DNA of 24,000 nt from Thermococcus kodakarensis KOD1. GTDB taxonomy: Archaea; Methanobacteriota_B; Thermococci; Thermococcales; Thermococcaceae. Location of the stretch: the NCBI RefSeq assembly GCF_000009965.1, contig NC_006624.1:1933989-1957988 (forward strand), in the 5' to 3' direction. The notes under the pieces were generated by a model that saw only the letters and a list, made by a program, of their open reading frames with translations, had not been told where the DNA came from and searched no databases. Positions 1-7,884 of the stretch are shown here, in pieces. A program made the translations under genes and the position numbers. The number at the start of each line of letters is the position of its first letter. Position 1 is the first letter of the stretch.

Positions 1-1111
1 CCTCCGGGTACTTCTCGAGCGTCTTGGCCAGGAGTTCAGCGGCGGGCTTTATCTCCTCCTCGCTCCAGTGGCCGGTGACTACTATGTCATACTTGGCCAG
101 CCACTCCCACTCCCTCGGGACGACGCCGAAGGGTGAAGTCAGTATCAGCTCGTGAACCTTGGAGGTTCCCGAACCGAGTGCCTCTTTCACGGCCCTTCTG
201 TAAAGGGTGTGGCTCCTTGAGAAGGAGTAGGGTTTTTTCGCGGAGCAAGGGAAGAGCAGGAGGAGTTCAACGTTCTTGGGCGGTGTGAAGCGCTCAAGCA
301 CGCGCTCGTGCCACCTTTTGACCTCGGGCCTTCTGATGGATGCATCGCTGATGAAATATACCGTCTCCTTCTGGATTGGAGTGTATTTCTCAAGATAATC
401 TGGGTGCTCAAGGTCCGCTATTCTCAGAATTCCAGCGTTGTACTGGGTCGGAAAGAAGTTTTCTACTAGATACCTCAGCTTGCCCTCTTCAAGGGCCTTC
501 CTCACGAGCAGTATGACTTCGCGGGCGAAGTCGAGGGAGTTGGGCTCGTTGCTCCAAAGGAATGGAGAGAACTGGGTGAATCCCTTACCCTCGAAGTCGT
601 AGAGCTTGAGAGAGCGGGTATCGAAGGCATCAATGCCAAGATAAACCGCCAGCGGGTAGAAGAACGGCTCAAGGTCGGCTATAATCATGACGTTCGGGAA
701 CCTCTCGCGGAGTTCCCTTAAAATCCTCACGAAGTAGCGGTACTCCTTGATTAGAATTTTCGAGTTGCCGAGGTAGACGGCATCGAAATTGTGTCTATCT
801 ATAATCTTGAAGAACTCCTCAAGGTACTCCGTTCTTCTCAGGGCAGGAAGGTAGAAGGCGTTGAAGCCATCGTAGTTTACACTCCACAGCCTCCCGATGG
901 CCTTCTGGATTACCTCATCGGGAGTGTAGAACCCGAGAGGTATCGAGGGAGCGAGGTTGAAGTCGTACTCGCCCGGCTCTTTGGGATGGAAGAAGGAGTT
1001 GAAGGGAGACAGGGTAAAGTCTATCCCGACTAACGCGGGAGTTCTGAAGGAATAATCCCCTAGCCTGACTACCCCAAGCCTTCCGGGTCCTTCGTGTTTG
1101 ATGACTTCCAT
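1..1111 (-). CDS. arcS: Archaeosine synthase ArcS (TGT-like / DUF5591 protein). N-terminal ~370 aa only; the 3' end runs off the left edge of the window
   Basis: My own minus-strand translation from the ATG at 1111-1109 gives MEVIKHEGPGRLGVVRLGDYSFRTPALVG... and stays open to position 2. It is missing from the ORF track because it has no stop in the window. Residues 288-301 (FPCSAKKPYSFSRSH, nt 209-250) match the ArcS signature PC-X3-KPY-X2-S-X2-H as I recall it from the literature. Confidence 0.8.
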   Translation of the reverse strand, partial: MEVIKHEGPGRLGVVRLGDYSFRTPALVGIDFTLSPFNSFFHPKEPGEYDFNLAPSIPLGFYTPDEVIQKAIGRLWSVNYDGFNAFYLPALRRTEYLEEFFKIIDRHNFDAVYLGNSKILIKEYRYFVRILRELRERFPNVMIIADLEPFFYPLAVYLGIDAFDTRSLKLYDFEGKGFTQFSPFLWSNEPNSLDFAREVILLVRKALEEGKLRYLVENFFPTQYNAGILRIADLEHPDYLEKYTPIQKETVYFISDASIRRPEVKRWHERVLERFTPPKNVELLLLFPCSAKKPYSFSRSHTLYRRAVKEALGSGTSKVHELILTSPFGVVPREWEWLAKYDIVVTGHWSEEEIKPAAELLAKTLEKYPE

Positions 1112-1120
1112 AGCGATTCC

Positions 1121-2026
1121 TCAGACGAGGTTGTACCTCTGCAGGAGCAGGAGCTCGTCGAGGGTGAGCTTCTCGCCGCGCTTGAACTTCTCGAGGGCTT
1201 CAACTGCCTTCTCGAAGTTGGCGTCCTTCTTGGCGCGCATCTTGGCGACAAGACGGTAGGCGATGAGCTCCTTGTGCTTCTCGTCGTACTCCCTGATCTT
1301 CCTCTCGATCTCCCTGAGCTGCTTCCTGGCTTCCCTGACCTTCTCGCGGAGCTCGACGACCTTCTGGTGGTACTCGTCGGCCTCTTTCTTGACCTCGTCA
1401 GCCTTGTTGAAGGCCTGAATCATCTGCTCGTGGAACTGCTGGCTCTGGTTGGCGAGCTTCTGTATCTCAAGGCTGATGGCTTTCCTGGCCTTCTTGAGCT
1501 GGTCTACCTTTTTCCTCGTCTCAACGAGCTTCTTGTGGAACCTCTCAGCCTGCTGGATGATCTCAAGCTCGGTCGCGAGAACCTGTATTTGGTCAACGAT
1601 CTGCTTCTCCCTCTCTGGAGTTATGTTCGGGTTGGTCTGGAGCTCCCACTCAAGCTTCTCGATCCTCTCCTGTATCCTCTCGGGGGACATCTTGAGCCTC
1701 CTGAGCTGGTTGTACTCGTTTCTCTTGGTCTTGTACTCGAGTATTTCCTGGTAGAGGAGGTCAAGCTTGGCGTTGATCTCCTCGCGGTTCTTCTTAAGCT
1801 CCTGTATCTTCTGGTTTATTTCATCCCTCTTCGCCTTGTACTCGCGCCCCTTCTGGCGGAGCTGCTGTACTTCCTTGTTCTTTTCATCCCTCTTTTGAAT
1901 CCAGACCTGGAGCTCCTTTTCGAGCTCATCCAGTTTGGCCCTGATCTCGTTTCTCTCCTTTTCCAGGGCCTCAATCTCCCTCTTGATCCTCTTAATTTCC
2001 TCTGGGTCTACTTTAACCGTTGTCAT
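1121..2026 (-). CDS. Archaeal coiled-coil protein (COG1340-like), function unknown
   Basis: 301-aa ORF, extremely E/K/R/L/Q-rich with heptad-like periodicity (MTTVKVDPEEIKRIKREIEALEKERNEIRAKLDELEKEL...). It ends 10 nt upstream of the arcS start, so the two are probably co-transcribed. On the minus strand a TTTTTATTTA-like TATA lies roughly 60 nt upstream of the ATG. Confidence 0.7.
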   Translation of the reverse strand: MTTVKVDPEEIKRIKREIEALEKERNEIRAKLDELEKELQVWIQKRDEKNKEVQQLRQKGREYKAKRDEINQKIQELKKNREEINAKLDLLYQEILEYKTKRNEYNQLRRLKMSPERIQERIEKLEWELQTNPNITPEREKQIVDQIQVLATELEIIQQAERFHKKLVETRKKVDQLKKARKAISLEIQKLANQSQQFHEQMIQAFNKADEVKKEADEYHQKVVELREKVREARKQLREIERKIREYDEKHKELIAYRLVAKMRAKKDANFEKAVEALEKFKRGEKLTLDELLLLQRYNLV

Positions 2027-2263
2027 CTCTCTTACCCCTCTCCCTTTTTAGAACAGCTCTGTTCACTTCGGACATCTGGACTGGAAATTGAGAGAGTAAA
2101 TAAAAACTTTTTGGATGATTCGGCGGTATTGTCTTGAGCACGATAGATTCGTTTCCCTTTTGTTTGATGTAGCCAACTCTGTAACAGCGAATTCTACAAA
2201 AGTCTTCAAAAACATTCAAAATTGAGACAGAATAATGGTAAAACAAAAAACTTTGCTCCAAAT

Positions 2264-3211
2264 TCACTCCCGTACAACCTGCGTCCCCGTCTTCCCCTCA
2301 AGCGCCTCGACGGCCCTGTCAAGGGAAGCTATTACTGCCCTCTCGCCTCCCCACTCAACGAACCTTATCGCGGCAAGAACCTTCGGCCCCATGCTTCCCT
2401 TCTTGAAGTGGCCCTCTTTGTAATAGCGCTTCAGCTCGTCCACGGTTACCTTCCCGAGCCACTTCTCATCGGGCTTTCCGTAGTTTATTGCCGCGCCGTT
2501 CACGTCCGTGAGTATCATGAAGATATCCGCTTTAACCTCTTCAGCCAGCTTTTCACCGGCTAAATCTTTGTCTATAACCGCCTCAACGCCCTTAAGCTCT
2601 CCATTCTCCTCAATCACTGGGACGCCACCGCCGCCGCTCGCTATGACGATGAAGCCCTTCTCGACGAGGTCAACTATGACCGGAGCCTCTACGTGCCCCT
2701 TCGGGTCGGGACTCGGAACTACCCTCCTCCAGCCCCTCCCGGCGTCTTCTATAACCGTCCAGCCCTTTTCCTTTGCTAGCTTCTTGGCAGTCTCCTCGTC
2801 GTAGAACGGGCCGACCGGCTTGCTCGGGTTCTGGAAGGCTGGGTCGTTCTTGTCAACGATGGTCTGGGTTACTATCGTTGCGACGGGCTTCTCGACCCCT
2901 CTCTTCCTAAGCTCGTTTATGAGCGCCTGGCCGATCATGTAGCCTATCTGCCCCTGGGTCATCGCTCCAGCGACGTCCATAGGCTGGGCTGGGATGCCGT
3001 AGACCTGCTGGCCAGCGTCCATGTGGAGAAGGAGCGCACCAACCTGTGGACCGTTTCCGTGGGTGATAACGACTTCATAATCGCCGTCAAGGATTATGTC
3101 AGCGATCTGCTTGGCAGTCCTCCTCACGTTCTCCATCTGCTCCTCGTAAGTCCCCTTCTGGCCTCGCTGGAGTATGGCGTTCCCGCCCAAGGCTATGACA
3201 ACTCTCTTCAT
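2264..3211 (-). CDS. arcC: Carbamate kinase (carbamate kinase-like carbamoyl-phosphate synthetase of Thermococcales)
   Basis: 315 aa. The N-terminus [25 protein letters not shown]...[12 protein letters not shown] is the typical carbamate kinase / amino-acid kinase fold signature. A GGAGGTGAGAGC ribosome-binding site sits directly upstream of the ATG (minus strand). Confidence 0.9.
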   Translation of the reverse strand: MKRVVIALGGNAILQRGQKGTYEEQMENVRRTAKQIADIILDGDYEVVITHGNGPQVGALLLHMDAGQQVYGIPAQPMDVAGAMTQGQIGYMIGQALINELRKRGVEKPVATIVTQTIVDKNDPAFQNPSKPVGPFYDEETAKKLAKEKGWTVIEDAGRGWRRVVPSPDPKGHVEAPVIVDLVEKGFIVIASGGGGVPVIEENGELKGVEAVIDKDLAGEKLAEEVKADIFMILTDVNGAAINYGKPDEKWLGKVTVDELKRYYKEGHFKKGSMGPKVLAAIRFVEWGGERAVIASLDRAVEALEGKTGTQVVRE

Positions 3212-3340
3212 GCTCTCACCTCCAGGGATGACTAATTACGCTCACTGGCATAAAAACGTTCGTTAGGCTTCACTCATGTTCACTTGAATAAGGTTCGGGA
3301 AAGATGCCAACCACTCTACAAATGTAAAGAAAAGTGCCGC

Positions 3341-4603
3341 TCAGAGGTACCATTCGGAAAAGCTTCCAAGTCCGAGCCTTTCAAGGGTCTTCATGACACC
3401 GAGGGCTATACCCTCGACCTCTATCCCGCCGGGTAGCTTGTAGGCATCGCCGACGATGTAGATATCCTGAATCGGGAAGTCCTCAACGGCCTGCCCGCTG
3501 GCGACCCTGTTGACAGGATTTCCGTCGAGGTAGGTCTGGATGAGCAGGATCTCGCCCTCTTCATCGAGGTTAGGGAAGATTCTGTAAATGTCGTCTATGC
3601 CCTTCTTCTGCTCCTCCTTAACGTTCCTGCTCTGAAGGGCATGGTGGAGCATTATGAGGGTGTATCCCTCTGGAGCGAGCTCCGGGCTTAGAGCTGTTGG
3701 CTCATTATAGCCGTTTATTCTCTCAGTATCGAGAGTGAAAACGACGGTGTTCCCGATCCTTGATTCTCCTTTCAGGGCGACGTTGTACTTTATCCCCTCG
3801 CTCGGCTTCAGAGACTCAACGTGCCTGAGGTATTCCCTATCGAAATTCTCCCTTCCGAGGAGCTCAACGGTCTCCTTGATGCCGATGTTCGAGATAAGGA
3901 CATCGTAAGGAAACTCCTCGTTGTCGGCCGTCACCACCTTCTTTGCCTCGGCATCGACTTCAACGGCCTTCTTCCCCGTCAATATTTTTCCGCCGTTTTC
4001 CACCACAATTCTCGCAAGCTCGTCGGTTAAGGCCTTACAGCCGCCTCTGACGAGTCCAGGGCCGCCCCACTTTAGGGCCGCTTTAATCTCCCTGGCCAGC
4101 TCTCCAGCAGGTACATCCAGCACGCTGTCGGCCCAGCCGAGGAAGCTCTTGATGAAGAGGTCGGTGAACTCGTTGTCGCCTATCTTTTCCTTAATCCACC
4201 CGCGCCCGCTCATCTCGGCCTCTTCTCCGGTCGGGAGCTTGTTTCTCTTTATGTCCGCCATCAGTTTCATCGCCCTGGCTTTCTCCTTCCAGCCGAGGTA
4301 CTTCCAGCCCTCGCGGTAGTGGAAGGTCTTGCCCTCGTAGAAGATCATGCCCTTTGGGTTGGAGTTCACTATGGTGACGTTCGCACCGAGGAGTTTTAGG
4401 AGGTGTGCCAGTGGGCCGTCTTCGCCGTGAGGGAGCATGTGAAAGGCTCCCGTTGAGAGGCCGAAGCCCTTGTAATTCAGATTTGTGAAGCGGCCGCCGA
4501 TATAAGGAGCTTTTTCAAGAACCGTGACATCGTAGCCTTTCCTGGCTAGAAATCCAGCTGTCAAAAGCCCGCCGATTCCAGAGCCAATAACCACTGCCCT
4601 CAT
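3341..4603 (-). CDS. FAD/NAD(P)-binding oxidoreductase, phytoene-desaturase-like (COG1233-type); substrate unknown
   Basis: The track ORF runs 3341..4681, but the likely start is the internal ATG at 4603-4601 (MRAVVIGSGIGGLLTAGFLARKGYDVTVLEK, a GxGxxG Rossmann dinucleotide-binding motif). It is preceded by a GGTGG ribosome-binding site (minus strand: caggtggtagaATG). The 26-codon extension has no ribosome-binding site. Confidence 0.75.
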   Translation of the reverse strand: MRAVVIGSGIGGLLTAGFLARKGYDVTVLEKAPYIGGRFTNLNYKGFGLSTGAFHMLPHGEDGPLAHLLKLLGANVTIVNSNPKGMIFYEGKTFHYREGWKYLGWKEKARAMKLMADIKRNKLPTGEEAEMSGRGWIKEKIGDNEFTDLFIKSFLGWADSVLDVPAGELAREIKAALKWGGPGLVRGGCKALTDELARIVVENGGKILTGKKAVEVDAEAKKVVTADNEEFPYDVLISNIGIKETVELLGRENFDREYLRHVESLKPSEGIKYNVALKGESRIGNTVVFTLDTERINGYNEPTALSPELAPEGYTLIMLHHALQSRNVKEEQKKGIDDIYRIFPNLDEEGEILLIQTYLDGNPVNRVASGQAVEDFPIQDIYIVGDAYKLPGGIEVEGIALGVMKTLERLGLGSFSEWYL

Positions 4604-4778
4604 TCTACCACCTGAAATGCCAAGGGTGAGGAAAAATATAAGGGTTTGGCCGTTGTATGGATGTACAACTCCTTTACTCATGCTTCTTTTGATCCGTTCT
4701 AAGAAGAAAACTTAAGTTTTAATAATTTTATACCTCAAAAAGAGAATAAAATATGGTTAGCAAAAACAAATAGAAAAA

Positions 4779-4788
4779 TTTATAAATA
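4779..4788 (+). promoter_or_regulatory. Candidate archaeal TATA box (TTTATAAATA) with an A-rich BRE-like flank, serving the small ORF / rSAM operon
   Basis: gaaaaaTTTATAAATAtaag lies about 45-55 nt upstream of the GTG at 4833. A start site about 25 nt downstream would give a ~20-nt leader that contains the Shine-Dalgarno site. Confidence 0.45.
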
Positions 4789-4832
4789 TAAGTTGTTCAA
4801 AATATATTGCAAAAACTTAAGGAGGTGATAAC

Positions 4833-4937
4833 GTGGAGGAATTGATTGTGCTAGAGAGGGGAGCATTCGGCTTCAACGAGCCAAACTTTTTCATCTGCGG
4901 GAGCTTCTGTAACCCTGTGAAGGATAACCCGAACTGA
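4833..4937 (+). CDS. Unlisted 34-codon ORF: candidate RiPP precursor peptide MEELIVLERGAFGFNEPNFFICGSFCNPVKDNPN (GTG start)
   Basis: GGAGGTGA (4821-4828) is a full anti-16S Shine-Dalgarno site 4 nt upstream of GTG 4833. The frame is bounded by an in-frame TAA at 4818-4820 and a TGA at 4935-4937. The ORF is about 50% G+C (hand count 52/105) inside an otherwise very AT-rich intergenic region. It lies 66 nt upstream of a radical SAM/SPASM gene and has two Cys (CGSFC) in its C-terminal half. Confidence 0.5.
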   Translation: MEELIVLERGAFGFNEPNFFICGSFCNPVKDNPN

Positions 4938-4942
4938 TGGGG

Positions 4943-4967
4943 TTTTATCTTTTTATTTTTAAATTTT
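4943..4967 (+). terminator. Oligo-T tracts (T4, T5, T5, T4): candidate archaeal termination or attenuation signal after the small ORF. May also serve as an A/T-rich promoter element for the rSAM gene
   Basis: ggTTTTatcTTTTTaTTTTTaaaTTTTg follows the TGA immediately. Archaeal RNA polymerase terminates at oligo-T runs. Confidence 0.4.
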
Positions 4968-5003
4968 GAACTACTAAACTACTGAAAATGGGGGTGGAGA
5001 AAT

Positions 5004-6335
5004 ATGAAAAATGTTAAACTCTCGAGATATACTCTCGCTGTTCCATATCAGGGACGTATAATACTATTTAATACCCTTTCACGCTCATTAGTTGCTATTT
5101 CAGAAGATGCTTGGAACAGGCTTAAAAATAGTATCAGCAATGCCAACGCTGATATTGACAATGGAACTCTTAATGATAGCCTAATTAAAGAACTAACCAC
5201 TTTGGGATTTTTGATACCTTCCCAATTAGATGAAAAGGAGCTAATGAGGACTCATGTGAATGTTCTAAAATATACTCCAACACACATGGGAATGTTTGTG
5301 AACTTAACTTCAAGATGTAATCTCTCCTGTCCTTATTGTTACCAAGACTTAAGAAAAGCTTTAGACAGTAATCAGGATTTAACAACTGATAGCTGGAATA
5401 GAATAATGAGACTAATAAACAAGAGGATAAACATTCTGAGAAATGTCAATGTTGTGTTCTTCGGAGGAGAACCAATGTTGAATTATAATACTCTAAAAGT
5501 GGCAGTAAGAGATTTAGATTCTTTAAAAGAAATCGGCATTAAAACCTCTATGTCCATAATAACTAATGGGACGTTATTTTCCAAACAAAGAGCCCAGGAG
5601 CTGGCACCCTACATTAGCTCGGTTCAAATTACTTTGGATGGAATGAAAGAGACGCATGATAAAATGAGGCCATACTCTGATGGAAGTGGAACCTTTGATA
5701 TCATTCTAAAAAATATTATCGATAATATTGACCAATATCGGAAAAGAATTATATTAAGATCAAATATAAATGATGATAATATCGCCAGTGTCAAGTCCTT
5801 ATTACACTATTTGAAAGAAGAATACGGGCTTCACAAGTTACTAAAAGGAGTTGGTTTTGAATACATATTCCCAACTCAAACGTCGATACATGTAGGTGAG
5901 AGCTATAAATTAACCCAACATATTTCAAAACTACTAATTGAGATTTATTCCTACGCTGTGGATTTGGGGTATTCCATAGGAAACCCCCTAATACTTGGCC
6001 CATGTATGGCAAACCATGCCTTTAGTTTTGCAGTGGATGAACAACTAAATGTTTATAAATGCCCAGGCTTTCTATATTCAAATCCGGATGGATACATTGA
6101 CGAAGAAGGCAATCTTGTCATCACAAGTTCTAGATGGTATTCTTTAATAAACTTCGAGCCACCATGTGCTCTCAATTGTAAATTTGGCCCAGTATGCTAC
6201 GGAGGATGCAGATGGATGGCCAGTTCATCAAAGTCCAAAATTTCCTGTAATATAGAGCACCTACAGAATTACAGCGAATTTTTAGCACTTTATGTTAAGT
6301 CAAGATATAAAAAACTTCTGGAGGGCGAAGGATGA
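5004..6335 (+). CDS. Radical SAM enzyme with a C-terminal SPASM-type auxiliary Fe-S domain and an N-terminal extension of ~95 aa (candidate peptide-recognition element); putative peptide maturase
   Basis: 443 aa. The CNLSCPYC motif (C105/C109/C112, nt 5316-5339) is CX3CX2C, and FFGGEPML is the SAM-binding glycine motif. The C-terminal seven Cys are C334, C353, C388-X3-C392-X5-C398-X3-C402 and C415 (nt 6003-6248), which is SPASM-like. A GGTGGAG ribosome-binding site sits 4 nt upstream of the ATG. G+C is much lower than in the neighbouring genes. Confidence 0.85.
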   Translation: MKNVKLSRYTLAVPYQGRIILFNTLSRSLVAISEDAWNRLKNSISNANADIDNGTLNDSLIKELTTLGFLIPSQLDEKELMRTHVNVLKYTPTHMGMFVNLTSRCNLSCPYCYQDLRKALDSNQDLTTDSWNRIMRLINKRINILRNVNVVFFGGEPMLNYNTLKVAVRDLDSLKEIGIKTSMSIITNGTLFSKQRAQELAPYISSVQITLDGMKETHDKMRPYSDGSGTFDIILKNIIDNIDQYRKRIILRSNINDDNIASVKSLLHYLKEEYGLHKLLKGVGFEYIFPTQTSIHVGESYKLTQHISKLLIEIYSYAVDLGYSIGNPLILGPCMANHAFSFAVDEQLNVYKCPGFLYSNPDGYIDEEGNLVITSSRWYSLINFEPPCALNCKFGPVCYGGCRWMASSSKSKISCNIEHLQNYSEFLALYVKSRYKKLLEGEG

Positions 6336-7240
6336 ACGTGATAGAAATTGACAACCTCACCAAGGTGTATCCCGACGGCACAAAGGCCAACGATGGAATC
6401 TCAATCCGCGTCAGGAAGAATGAAATTGTTGGGATCATCGGTCCCAACGGTGCTGGAAAAACCACGCTCATACGACAGCTTCTGGGGCTTTTGAAGCCAA
6501 CGGAAGGCTCAATCAGGGTGATGGGAAGGGACATCGTGAATAACCCAGATATTGTAAAAAGAACCCTTGCCTACGTGCCTCAGTATCCCCTCAGCTTTCC
6601 CTCTTTGAGGGTTGAGGAGGTTCTGGAGTACGTCCTCAGGATGCGGGGCGAAAGCATTTCACCAGCCGAGATGGGGAAGAGAATATCGGGTGTTCTAGAG
6701 CTCCTCGGTCTCAGTGGGGCGGCAAAGTTCTTCGGGTATCAGCTCTCGGGGGGTATGAAAAAGTCCCTGCTGCTGGCGATGGCCATCATTCAGGAGCTTC
6801 CGGTCCTCGTGCTGGACGAGCCCACGAGCATGGTGGACATCGTTACAAAGCACCGGCTGTGGGATGTAATAAGGAATTCAAACCGGGAAGGAATTCTCCT
6901 CGCCAGCCACGACATGAACGAAGTAAAGGCGCTCTGCGACAGGGTGTACCTCCTCGTTTATGGAAAGATAGTGACCTCCGGCACTCCCGCGGACATAGTC
7001 TCGATGGTTAAGATGCCCACCGAGGTTCGTTTAATCCCCGGGAGGGAGATACCCCAGAGCATCCTCCCCAAGGAGCACAAAAAACGCGGAGACCTCTACG
7101 AGCTGGCCTTCGACACGCTTGAGGATGCATTGCGGACTGTGGATGCAATCCTCAAAAGTGCGGGGGTGTCCTACCTCGAGATTGAGTCCCCCTCATTTGA
7201 GAACCTCGTGATAAACCTCATCGGGAGGGATGGCGAATGA
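6332..7240 (+). CDS. ABC transporter ATP-binding protein (ABC-2 / DrrA-like exporter type)
   Basis: 302 aa with Walker A GPNGAGKTT (nt ~6440-6466), signature LSGGMKK, Walker B LVLDEPT and H-loop ASHD. The start overlaps the rSAM stop (ATGA at 6332-6335), indicating translational coupling. Confidence 0.9.
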   Translation: MNVIEIDNLTKVYPDGTKANDGISIRVRKNEIVGIIGPNGAGKTTLIRQLLGLLKPTEGSIRVMGRDIVNNPDIVKRTLAYVPQYPLSFPSLRVEEVLEYVLRMRGESISPAEMGKRISGVLELLGLSGAAKFFGYQLSGGMKKSLLLAMAIIQELPVLVLDEPTSMVDIVTKHRLWDVIRNSNREGILLASHDMNEVKALCDRVYLLVYGKIVTSGTPADIVSMVKMPTEVRLIPGREIPQSILPKEHKKRGDLYELAFDTLEDALRTVDAILKSAGVSYLEIESPSFENLVINLIGRDGE

Positions 7241-7884
7241 TTCGTCCTCTAATTGGGATGGAGCTTAAGGGAATGCGGCTCTACAGGACGTTCCTCTTTG
7301 TCAACCTCCTGCTCATGCCCTTCGCCTTGCTCTTTATGATGCTCATGAACTCCAGCTCGAGAACTCCGGAGGACATCTCTTACCTGGTGAGCGGCTTTAT
7401 CGTTGTTTCTCTGGTTAGTTCTTTCCTCGGAACGCTAACGAACAGGGTCAGCAATGTCTTCGAACCCAGTGTTCTTGAGCTTTACTCAACACTACCCCCA
7501 AGAATATCAGCGGTAGTCCTCGCCCAGTTCCTCACTTACTCCCTGCTGGTCCTCCCCCAGGTGCTCCTGGGTCTCGCGGTTATCGTTTACTATCAGGGAA
7601 CTAGCAGAATAAACATCCCCCTTCTGATTCTGGCACTTTCATTAACTTTCCTTGAGCTGGGGGCGCTTGCGGTTTCCATAGGTGCGAAGATTGGAAACCC
7701 CTACAAGGCGATGGCCGTCACGGGAATACTGCCCTGGCTCCTCGTGGTGTTCTCCCCTGCCTACTACCGCTCCAGCTCCCCTGTGCTCTACCTGAACCCC
7801 ATTACTTTCCTGTTATCATGTATCCGCTCGACCATTGGACTGCAGAGCGTGAGCCCTACCCCCTGCCTGTTTCGATGGCTCTAA
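7237..7884 (+). CDS. ABC-2 type transporter permease, apparently truncated or frameshifted at the C-terminus
   Basis: 215 aa with five clear hydrophobic helices and an NP-containing motif (YLNPITFLLSCIRSTIG) typical of ABC-2 permeases. ATGA overlap with the ATPase gene at 7237-7240. The expected sixth helix is encoded in a different frame (7851-7952); see findings. Confidence 0.8.
   Translation: MIRPLIGMELKGMRLYRTFLFVNLLLMPFALLFMMLMNSSSRTPEDISYLVSGFIVVSLVSSFLGTLTNRVSNVFEPSVLELYSTLPPRISAVVLAQFLTYSLLVLPQVLLGLAVIVYYQGTSRINIPLLILALSLTFLELGALAVSIGAKIGNPYKAMAVTGILPWLLVVFSPAYYRSSSPVLYLNPITFLLSCIRSTIGLQSVSPTPCLFRWL

Noticed and set aside
187-411. 74-aa minus-strand ORF inside the arcS region
   Set aside because: It is an alternative frame of the arcS coding sequence. 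The arcS frame is open across the whole 1..1111 stretch and carries the ArcS signature motif, whereas this ORF is Arg/Ser-rich compositional noise.
1094-2137. 347-aa plus-strand ORF (and the nested 1449..1754 ORF) rich in Leu, Val and Glu, opposite the coiled-coil gene
   Set aside because: It is the antisense reading of a highly biased E/K/L-rich coiled-coil gene. The product is low-complexity (LLELLEG..., LVLLVVLPDLPLDLPELL), there is no ribosome-binding site, and the ORF overlaps the arcS start. This is a typical shadow ORF.
2110-2185. Possible box C/D sRNA in the spacer between the coiled-coil gene and carbamate kinase (GATGATT ... TGATGTA ... CTGT)
   Set aside because: The box C and C' matches are weak, there is no proper CUGA D or D' box at the right spacing (27 nt between the putative D' and C'), and there is no terminal stem. 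The region more likely just holds the promoter of the coiled-coil/arcS unit.
4604-4681. N-terminal extensions of track ORFs (3341..4681, 11370..11726, 13745.., ..17252, ..23583, GTG 11242)
   Set aside because: In each case an internal ATG is preceded by a GGTGG/GGAGG-type ribosome-binding site or a well-placed TATA box and begins a recognisable N-terminus (Rossmann motif, signal peptide and so on). The upstream extension has atypical composition or overlaps a neighbouring gene, a promoter or the tRNA.
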